This document shows positions 49,667-61,008 of a DNA stretch of 64,000 nt, piece after piece. The notes beneath the pieces were generated by a model. That model was not told the DNA's origin and searched no databases. It saw only the letters and a program-made list of their open reading frames with translations. Source of the DNA: the human T2T-CHM13v2.0 reference genome, Homo sapiens; the NCBI RefSeq assembly GCF_009914755.1, contig NC_060927.1. One strand, given 5' to 3'. Both the position numbers and the translations under genes were made by a program. Positions within the stretch are counted from its first letter, which is position 1, and each line of letters begins with the position of its first letter.

Positions 49667-52242
49667 GTGAGTGTGTCACCGAAGCCTCCCCTTGCATGTC
49701 CTGGCCAGAGTCAGAGGGCAGGGGCCTGGGGGGACCTGGGCCAGCGTGTAGGGAAGCTGCACTGCTGGAGAGAGGGGCCCTGCCTTTCCTTCTGTAGATA
49801 CTTGGGGGTGGCCATGTTCCTGAGGCCAATGGCAAACCACACAGCTTTGTACTTTGAAGGAACTGTGGGGTCACTTGGCTATCCTCTTGCTGCTTTCTGC
49901 AGTTCTGCCTCTTCCACCACCCTGGACTCCTCCTCTTAGACCACTGGACTGGGACCTGGGCTCTCTTCTTCTCATCCCACTCTCTCTGGGGATCTAGCTT
50001 CTCCCATGGACTGGAAGTCCATCCATGTGCCAGTGGCTCCCAGACCTGAGCTCTAGCCCTGCCGCACCTCTGAGGCCAGCTGCTGGCATCCCACTGGCCC
50101 CTGGGCTGTGTCCCAACCCCTCACGTACCAGCCCCTCACCATATTTCTGTGAAGCAGAAAAATCTTACCTTGCCTTGGGTCCTGATCTGTGAGAATTGCC
50201 TCCTAGGTTTGTCCTCAACCCCACCTCCTTGAACGCAGCCAGGCGTTGAACTCTGTGCTGCCATGTCTTCCACAATTCTGCCTCCGTTCATACCTCCGGC
50301 ATGGCTCAGCCAGGCTAGCTTAACGGCCTCCGCACACCCGCATCAAGAGGCCTTATAGGGCATAAACCTGGCCTGCTTGGTCCCAGCATGTGCAGGGTAC
50401 AAAGCACACTCAGAAGCTCTCCGAGGTCTGGAATCCCCAGCTGCCCACACCTATGCAACCTCATGCCTTCGTGCCTTTGCTTGGGCCATTTCCCCTGCTT
50501 GCAATGTCTTGCCCCTTTATTTTCCCAGATCCCCCCAACAGCCTTCCTGTCCCTCCTGCACCCACAATGGAGGAGCTCTTCTGTGCTGCCACCATGCCCA
50601 GGGCCTGCCCTGGCAGGGCTGTGGGCTGTTAGCCCTGAGCAGTATGTCTGCTTACAAGTCTCTCCTCCATTGACTGAAAGCTTCCAGGATAGAAAGAACA
50701 TGCGTCTTCACCTTCACACCTGCAGATTCTAACAAGATGCCATGCAGACTGGGTGCTTGGTAGTTGGTGGTTGAAATGACTCTGTCATCTCAGGGATGAG
50801 GAATGTGAGATGCAGAGATGGGCTCAGGGCCAGCTTCTCCCTGCCTTCCCTTGAGAAAAGCTCTATTTGGTTTTCACTGAAAAGTTGATTCATTATGATT
50901 CCTGTTGGCCAGAAACAGACTAGCAAACCCAAACGGGCTTAAGTAAAAAGGAAATTATTCCAGCAGTGCCTCAGGAGTCATTTTCTCCACAGTTTTTGGC
51001 CGTGTATCTCAGTGTTAGCTTCAGTCTCAGGTCCTATGTGATGGCCAGATGTTGGGAGGACCCCAGAGTTTACATTCTCTCAGTTTCACATCCGATGGGC
51101 AAGAGTGCCAGTCCCTCCTTCGGAATCCTCCACAGACGTCTGATGGAGTCTCATTGGCTCTTACTGGGCCACATGCCCACGCCTGGAAAAAGTAACAGTG
51201 CTGGAGGAATGCAAGGCTCTGATGGGCCAGATCTGTCAATGCCCTGCCTGGGCCCTGGCATGGAGCCAGCCCACATGGTGATGGGAGCCACGTGGTGTGG
51301 AGCTGGGGGCTGGATCTCAAATGAAAATAGAGAGCTATTACCCCCAGAATGGGGCGTAGGTGCCAGACAACAGAAACCTCCACCACATGGTGTAGAGTTG
51401 CAGAAAGTTTCCCTTTTTTGTTTTTCCCAGCTTCCTTTCATAAGGTTTCCCCCAGTTAAGTTGTGTTTGTAATACCCAAACTTCTAGTCTAGCGTGTAGC
51501 ATCTAGTATGTTTTTTGAAGAGAGCACCTCATGTCTTTCAAGACTGTGTGTGTGTATGTGTTTAGGTAAGATAAGGTAAGGTAAAGTAGATATTTATTAA
51601 GTTTCTTTGAAGCTAACTATAAAAGGCATTAGCTTTTTAACCAGAACCGGAGTTGAATTTGATTTCTGTCCTTACCCTTTGTTGGCTGTGTGACCTTGAA
51701 AAGTTCACTTAACCTCTCTGAGCTGCCCTCTGCTTCTATTTGAGGATTCTGGGTAATAATGTAGACCTTGCAGAATTGTTGTAAGCATTAGAGTGATGGT
51801 TTCAGAATCCCCTGAAAGGCTTGTGAAAACACAGATTGCCAGAACCCACCCCCTGAGTTTCCAAATCAGTAGGTCTGGAGTGGAGCCCAAGGATTTGCAT
51901 TTTTTACAAGCTTTCAAGTGATGCCAGGGAACTGCTCTTTGAGAACCACTGAGATGGGATTAAAGCATCTCTATATACAGTCCCTTACATAGAGCCTGGC
52001 ATGCTGTGGGTGCCCAGACACAGTCATTGTTAGAGTGAGTGGTACTAGTATTTGTGATGGCTTTCGTGGCAGAGAATATTCTATGACTCAGCCCACAGCT
52101 GTGTTGTACTTGGGGATGACAGAATTCTGCACAGAGTGACACATCTTTCTGAGAAATTCCTTATAATCCTCTTGGCTGTTGGGGAAGTGGCTGATTCATC
52201 TTACCAGTCTGGGTTTAACTTTCTTTTCTTTTTCTTCTGCAG

Positions 52243-52305
52243 TACTCTGGTTTCCAGCAGTCGGCTGACAGGTGTTTTCTTTGTGGACATCTGATCATGG
52301 ACATG
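52243..52305 (+). CDS. LIMD1: LIMD1 exon 4 ([21 protein letters not shown])
   Basis: Acceptor tttcttctgcag|TAC, donor ATG|gtgagt; 63 nt, phase 0-0; starts LIM2; not shown in this frame in the ORF track. Confidence 0.96.
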
Positions 52306-52417
52306 GTGAGTAGGTCAGCCAAAGAAGAGAACAGCATCTCAGGTGGAGGAGGAGGTGTTCAGAGAAAAAAGAAATTAATAATTGAGGACAGTGTTTCTTA
52401 TCTTGATTTGTGGTTAC

Positions 52418-52925
<508 letters not shown>

Positions 52926-53369
52926 TTACTGCAGAAATCTCAGCTACCTTGGAGTCAAATGCAGAAAGCCAGAGGAGCAAAGTTGTTTTTCTCCCTGTGT
53001 TATGCCCAGCTCACACCATTACGAAGATGAGTTTTTAGGGCCTGTCATTTAGTTCTGAGACAGCAGAGCAAGGACCAGGTTTTATACATTCCATTCTTTG
53101 CTCAGTCACTGGCTCTCTGAGGTTATTTTGGGCTTCAGGTCTTCAGTGGGGACAATTTTTCCCTAGAGGGTTAGGTTATGAGGTTAATGAATACAACATC
53201 AAATTGTTCACCATTGGAAACCAGCCTTTAAGAAGTTCTTTAATATACTGATCAGAGGAAATGATTATATAACATACTTTAAGTTGGAAACAGTTAAGTC
53301 CCTCTCTAAGCTGACTCATTAATTTCATTCTAGAGAAGATAATTTCTAATTATTAGTATTTTTAATTTT

Positions 53370-53880
53370 ACCTTTTTATTGAGAAATAACTCATAGAGTA
53401 AAAGATACTAATCTTAAGTGTACATCTGAACGAGTTTTCACATGTGCATATACCCCTGTAACCACCACCCAGATCAAGATATAGAACACTTCCCAAACTC
53501 CAGAAAGTTCCTTCTTGTCTATTCCCACTCAAGACCCCACTCCCACAAAGGCAACCATTATTCCAACTTCTATTGCCAGAAATTCATTTTGCTGGTTTTG
53601 GAACTTCATATAAATAGAAACATATAGTATAGACTCTTTCAGGTCTTATTACATATGTTTTTGAGCTTCATCCATGCTGTTACCTGTATTGGTAGTTTAT
53701 TGATTTGTATTGCTAAGTGGAATTCCATTGTATGGATATAGCACAATTTATTTCTCCATCTCATGTTGATGGGGATTTGGTGGTTTCTAGTTTTTTGCTA
53801 TTTATGCATGAAGCTGCTGTGAATACTCTTGAACATGTCTTTGATGGACATAAACACTCATTTCTGCTGGTTATATGCTA
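53370..53880 (-). mobile_element. Old L1 (L1ME/MC-like) 3' fragment
   Basis: tttattgagaaataac...gtaaccaccacccagatcaagatatagaaca...ttccattgtatggatata. Confidence 0.75.
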
Positions 53881-54264
53881 ATATTTATAAAACATCAGTG
53901 ACCCACAGCCCTCCCCATTCGTGATGAATATCTGCTATCTCCCAGGCTTTGACAGACCTCAGCAGAGGTCTTAGCCCTATTAGAGCCATGTCCTCATTAG
54001 TAGCCAAGACCTCCCTGGGAAACGTGGCCCTTCCCCCATGCTCGCAGTGGGAGGTAGGCAGAAGCTACATATGCTTACCTCTCCTTCCCAGGTATCTTCT
54101 AGACTCTGTAGGGCTCTATTTCTTTAGCAGAATTTGCCTTTGTTTTTAGTGTCCTTCTGACAAACCTACTTCATATGAAGTCAACATGCTCTGAATTTAT
54201 GAGTATGATTATACCCTATTCTTAGTTCTAGTAATCCTAAGACTTCTTTGGATAACCTCAGGGT

Positions 54265-54710
54265 ATGTCATTTATCTATTGCTGCATGACAAACCACCCT
54301 AAAACTTTGTAGTTTAAAACAATAGTGATTTCTTATTTATCATCATGCTTCATGCTGTGGGTCAGGATTTAGGTCAGGGTTTAGCAGGCCAATTCTTCTG
54401 CTCTGTGTGGCATTGGCTGGGGTCTCCTACTTAACTTTGTTCAGCTGGTAGCACAGTTGAACTGGAACATCCAAGATGACCTCTCACCCTCCAGGCCCCT
54501 CTCCCTGTAGCCTCTAATCATTCAGTAGTCTAGTTCAGACTTCCTTACAGCAAGAGATAGGAAGTGGAAGCTACCAGTCTTCTTAAGCCTTTGACTCAGA
54601 AATCTCAGAACATTGTTTCTTCTGCTTTCTGTTAATTAAAGAAAGTCACAAAGCCAGTTCTGATTCAAGGGGAGGGGGAAATAGTCCCCATCTCTTGATG
54701 TGAGATCTCT
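54265..54710 (-). mobile_element. Old MaLR LTR (MLT1-like)
   Basis: atctattgctgcatgacaaaccaccctaaaact...gtgggtcagga...aaagtcacaaagccag. Confidence 0.7.
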
Positions 54711-56638
54711 ACCATATGGGATAGTATGAAGTTGAAGCTTCAGTCTTTCAGGTCTTCCCTAGGACTTGAAAACTTTTAGTGAATGTCTAGACAGAACCCC
54801 AGCTGTCTAACTCTTTGTGTAAATTGTCTCTCTATATACCCTTTTGTTAATAGAGGGGTACATTCTGGGCTTGCAGGTTAGAACCAGGCATAGTCTCACA
54901 TAAAAAAAGTATTACAGCTAGTCACAATGCAGCAAAATGGCATCTTTTTCTAATCTTACTTTAGGCACAATGTGGATTAAATTAATTTAAGGATCTCTTT
55001 CTGCCAAGACAGCATTCATCTTGGGGAAAATGCATTCCAAGGTCCAAATTGCCAAATGGGTTTTGGAAGCCCAGCCAGTTGTTCTTCCTGTTTTGCCTTA
55101 CTGCAGATTGAGAGGGCCCTCAAAGGTTAGGGAAACCCAAGAGGGAATGAGGAAGCTTGAAAGCTGAGCATTCAGAGGAAAGCTGGAATAGCACAACGCC
55201 CTCCTCTTGCCTTCTTGGCTGGAGCTTGTGCAGTGTGGAGTTATCCGCCTGAGGCTTCCAGGGGAAGGAGCTGTAACACAGCATATCTTTACCCCTGGGT
55301 CTCACAGTGTACTGACAAGGCTTCCCCAAATCCAAAATCCCCTTTCTTCAGCCTGTTTGAAGGCTTTCTGTGTGGGCTCCCACTGCTGGATGCTGATGAC
55401 CGTTCTGTACATTCTTTGCAGATGCATGTTTTGGTGTGACCTTGCTCATGTTGATTCTGTAGTTCAGTTGTTTTTGCTAAGTTTCATGATGCAGGTAATT
55501 GCAGAAATGAATCTCCTATTAAGTCAGTGAAGATGCTTTCAACTGCAAATTATAGAAAAAACCCAGACTCAGTTCGAGTTAAACCAATGATCCTCCAACT
55601 TTAATATATATCAGAATCACCCTATTAAAATACCAACTGCTGGGCCTTACCCCCAGAGTTTCTGATTCAAGAAATCTGGGATGGGGTCCAAGAATGTGCA
55701 TTATTAACAAGTTTGCAGGTGATGCTAATGCTGAAGGTCTGGGGCCACACACATTTCGAGGACCACTGACTTCATAGGAATGATATTTTATCTCACCTAA
55801 AAAGAGGCTTGGAGGTATGTGGTTCCATGATGAGTTAATTCAGTTACTTACGGACCTCACCAAGGATGTTCTTTCCATCTCTTCTCTTTCCTGCTGTCCA
55901 TGTCTTGGGTCTGTCCTGGTTTCAGGTTGGCTCTGGCAGTTCCAGGTATCCCATCCAGATCCAGATTAAATGACACTGAGAGGAAGAAGTTTGTGGGGCT
56001 TTCCCTCTATTGCGTTTAAAAACAACAACAGAGAAACTTTACTTATTACACTTGGATTTGAGGTCATTGGGTTGAGTCAGAACTTCTAGATTATCATGCT
56101 CCAGAGTCAAAGCTGCATAGAAGGGGCATCCAAGAGGCAGAAGTGAAGGGGTTCCTTTTGAGCTCTGCCATTTCCACATGGAATTTCTTTTCATTTTTCC
56201 GAGTACTTGCTGCTTCCCAAATCTGGGAAGGATGTATCCTTCTGTGGCCCTGCTTTGCATCGTTTCCCACTTCTTCGTGGTGGATTTTGGCCCTGGGATT
56301 GGCCCATCCCTTCCTTACCATCTCTTTCTCTTAAAGAACTATGCAAGAGTTTCCTGTTCTGGGTGAGGGTTGGAAAGGAGCCCTCTTTCCCTGCCAGCTC
56401 AGAGACCCTGTGAGAGGCTGCAGGAGAAGGATTCCTGTGTGGTCTCTTCTGTGTATTCATCTAAACAGATTTGCCTTTCCCACCCCATCACCTCTTGCTC
56501 TTCTCCTAGGTGAAACTCGGGGGTAAGTGTACTCTGTGTGTGACTGCTCATGTAATCCTTAGGCCTGATGTGTTCCTCTCCCCTTCCACCATCTCATCCT
56601 TCCCTATAATCCCCACTGAGTCTTGGTCTCTGCTCCAG

Positions 56639-56769
56639 ATCCTGCAAGCCCTGGGGAAGTCCTACCACCCCGGCTGTTTCCGCTGTGTCATCTGTAATGA
56701 GTGTTTGGATGGGGTGCCCTTCACCGTGGACTCAGAGAACAAGATCTACTGTGTCCGAGATTACCACAA
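56639..56769 (+). CDS. LIMD1: LIMD1 exon 5 ([43 protein letters not shown])
   Basis: Acceptor tctctgctccag|ATC, donor CAA|gtaaga; 131 nt; LIM2 zinc ligands. Confidence 0.97.
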
Positions 56770-57402
56770 GTAAGAAGGGATGGGAGCAGACAGGACCCAT
56801 TCGTGTAGGCCAAGCTGATCTCAGCAGAGTGAGTGGTGGAAACCGACAAAACTGTGTTTGCCAGCCGCCCTTAGATCACAGTCCAGCAAAGGCTTAATGG
56901 TTTTGAGGGGTACAGCAGGGACCTTGGGAGGTTGGTCGATGCCAGTGTTGACAGGAATGGGTTAAAGAATCATGTTTAGTGAAAAAAAAAAAACAACAGA
57001 GCACAGAAAAACTAATAATCATATTTGTAGCTAGGCCTCGGGAGGAATCCACCAAGCCCTGTGGCTTCAGCGTTACCTAACTTCACAAGGCCCCTATGCA
57101 GTGCTGGTTCCTACCACTCTTGGTTTGCCTGGGCCTGTGCTAGGCACCATGAGAGGTGTAAACAAATCAGTTAGTGCTGTCCCCAGAAGAGTGAGAGGCA
57201 GCCAGTGTCCTCATTGCAGCTGGGGAGCAAATACTAAGGCATATTCCACAAAGTGAGCCAGGTACCAGTCATTCTATGAGGGAGGAGAGCAAGGGGCAGG
57301 AGGCGGCATGGAGGAAGGCTCCATGTGGATTCCAAGTGCAAGTCTGACTCTGGAATTTGCTCCCAGAAGCAACATTTATTGCTGCTTTGTTTCTCCCCAC
57401 AG

Positions 57403-57454
57403 GGTGCTGGCCCCCAAGTGTGCAGCCTGTGGGCTTCCCATCCTTCCACCTGAG
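57403..57454 (+). CDS. LIMD1: LIMD1 exon 6 ((K)VLAPKCAACGLPILPPE)
   Basis: Acceptor ttctccccacag|G, donor GAG|gtaaga; 52 nt; restores phase 0; starts LIM3. Confidence 0.96.
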
Positions 57455-57579
57455 GTAAGATGCCCTTCCAGACATGCTCCCAGGGGCTTCTAAGACATGA
57501 ATATCTCCCTGGGCTCATTTACAAGATCCATGTCCTGTCCTTACAGCTTTTAAGGTATCCTTTTAAAAATCTCAACTCT

Positions 57580-57857
57580 GGCCTGGTGCAGTGGCTCACG
57601 CCTGTAATCCCACCCCTTTTAGGAGGCCCAGGCAGGAAAATTGCTTGAGGCCTGGAGTTTAAGAACAGCCTGGGCAACATAGCAAGACCTCATCTCTACA
57701 AAAAATTGTTAAAAATTGGCCAAGTGTGGTGGCATGTGCCTGTAGTCCTAGCTGCTTGAGCCCAAGAGTTTGAGGCTGCAGCGAGCTATGATGGTGCTAC
57801 TGCATTCCAGCAGGTGACAGCAAGACCTTGTCTCCAAAAAAAAAAAACCAAAAAAAA
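57580..57857 (+). mobile_element. Alu (J-like)
   Basis: Degenerate dimer. Confidence 0.9.
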
Positions 57858-58291
57858 CCCCACTTCACCTTTGAGATAAGTCGTGTCTTCACCCTTCCTT
57901 GTTGACTGGCTTCCCCAACCCAGTACCCTTCTTGTGCTGATTTGTCCCCATAACCAGGTCAAACTCCCTTACTTGATACTAATTCTTAGATTAGCAGATG
58001 AGGAGAAAGGCTTGTCTTTTCTTCATTTTTTAAAATAAGTGTCCATGTAGGTCTTTCTTTCAGTGTTAACTCTGACATTCTAGAAGGAAGGACTCCTATC
58101 CCTCCTACTTCCCCTCTCATCAGCTTAAATGTATTCTTCTTCCAGTAAGTACTCCTGATTTACCTTCTCCTCCCAAGGCCACCTACTTGTTACCCCCAAA
58201 ACCCTCTTCCCTCCCCACCCCACGGTACATCAAGCCCGACAGCCCCCCTAACAGGCCTCTCCTATGTGTTCTTGCTTTTCTCTGGTCCCAG

Positions 58292-58360
58292 GGCTCAGAT
58301 GAGACCATCCGTGTCGTGTCCATGGACAGAGACTACCACGTGGAGTGTTACCACTGCGAG
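58292..58360 (+). CDS. LIMD1: LIMD1 exon 7 (GSDETIRVVSMDRDYHVECYHCE)
   Basis: Acceptor tctggtcccag|GGC, donor GAG|gtagac; 69 nt, phase 0-0; typical Zyxin/Ajuba-family LIM3 'TIRVV..DRDYH' motif. Confidence 0.96.
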
Positions 58361-59196
58361 GTAGACCCCTCCCCACCCAGCCCCCAAAGCCCATTGTAGA
58401 CATCCAAGAGAAAAGCATCCTGCGTTGACTGGGGCAAGAGGCAGTCAACAAGATTCTGGCAAGGGTCAGCCCTCTAGAGCTTCTGTAGGAAATGGAATGA
58501 AGGCTGGTTCTTGGGGGAGGTAGGAGAAGATGGAAATGCTCAAGGTATAAAGGTCTTTCTTCTGCATATTCAGAACTATCAAGTCCTGCAACTGTTGGAG
58601 CTGCTCTCCCTGAAGCTGCAGAGCTAGGAGGGTCGTGGAGAGCATGGGTTTCAGGTCCTATCTGCGGGCCACATTGTCAGGCAGGTGTGCGATTTGGGGA
58701 AGGGACTCCCTCCCCTCCAGCTTGCAGGCTGTTCTATCTGCCTGAAGCTCCTTTCTCAGCTGAGCCCTGGAAATCATGAAGCCCCTCTTGGAAACAGGCA
58801 TGTCAGCTGGTGGTGTGAAGGCGGGTGGGGTCCGCCTGCCCCTTCCTGCCCTTTGTCCCAACCCAAGATGAAGGAGCACTAGTACCTGATGACTGTCAGG
58901 AAAGCTAGAGGTTGCCCCTCACCAACCCTTGTGAAGGGTGACCATGGAATTTCAGCCACAATTAAGTGAATTCACCCATGGAAGGAGATTAGATTCATTT
59001 GGTGACCCTGTGGGTAGAGAATGGGGGTGTCCCTCATATAGACTTGTCCCACTGCCAACACTGAAGAAATGGGTGGGAATCATTGCTGCTGGGACCCCAG
59101 GTGCCCCAGGTCACTGCAGGAGAAAAAGGTGAGGACATTTGCTCAACAGGCCTCTCCACATTTTCTAGACCAGTGCTATCCAAAAGAAATATAAGG

Positions 59197-59629
<433 letters not shown>

Positions 59630-59675
59630 AAAAGAAACCGGTGAGATTAATTATTTTATTCGGTTCAAAATATCC

Positions 59676-60203
<528 letters not shown>

Positions 60204-60258
60204 ATCCAAATGTTATCTTTTGAACATGTAATCAATATAAAAAAGTTACCCATGAGAT

Positions 60259-60593
60259 TTTTTTTGTAACTCCACAATTTATTTTATTTCTTCTAAAAAA
60301 AAAAAAGGGATACGTGTGAAGATTTATTACATAGATATATGTTGTACGTGTGCCAGGGTGGTTTGCTGCACCTATTGTCCCATCCTCTAAGTTCCCTCCC
60401 CTCACCCCCACCTCCCAACAGGCCCTGGTGTGTGTTGTTCCCCTCCCTGTGTCCATGTGTTCTCATTGTTCAACTCCCACTTATGAGTGAGAACATGTGG
60501 TGTTTAGTTTTCTGTTCCTTTGTTAGTTTGCTGAGAATGATGGCTTCCAGCTTCATCCATGTCCCTGCAAAGGACATGATCTCATTCCTTTTT
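60259..60593 (-). mobile_element. L1PA (PA8-like) 3' end, ~330 bp
   Basis: L1PA 3' UTR; TSD cccatgagat at 60249 and 60594. Confidence 0.88.
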
Positions 60594-60870
60594 CCCATGA
60601 GATATTTTTACATCCTCTTTTTGTCCTAAGTCTTCGGAATCTGCATTTACACTGACAGCACATTTTAAGTGGTTCACAGCAAGTGCCTTGTGGCAGTGTC
60701 TCCTGTGTTGGACAGGCCTCCACGGGGCAGGAGCTGTGTTTCTGCACTGGCATTTCCTGCCTATACAGAAACACACAGCACCCTCTGCTGATTTTGGGGA
60801 CTGTGGCCTTCAGGTCAGTCTTGCAGTCTGTTTTGTTTTGCTTCCCCTGGACATGTCTGCCTCCCCACAG

Positions 60871-61008
60871 GACTGTGGTCTGGAGCTCAATGATGAAGAT
60901 GGCCACCGCTGTTATCCGCTGGAGGACCACCTGTTCTGTCACTCCTGCCACGTGAAGAGGCTGGAGAAGAGACCCTCATCTACAGCCCTTCACCAGCACC
61001 ACTTCTAG
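60871..61008 (+). CDS. LIMD1: LIMD1 exon 8 coding part (DCGLELNDEDGHRCYPLEDHLFCHSCHVKRLEKRPSSTALHQHHF*)
   Basis: Acceptor ctccccacag|GAC; TAG at 61006-61008; completes LIM3. Confidence 0.97.
   Translation, partial: DCGLELNDEDGHRCYPLEDHLFCHSCHVKRLEKRPSSTALHQHHF

Noticed and set aside
60688-60870. Open in-frame extension upstream of exon 8 with a second DCGL string
   Set aside because: The in-frame AG checked (60812-60813) has a poor pyrimidine tract, and the short match to the exon start is compatible with chance
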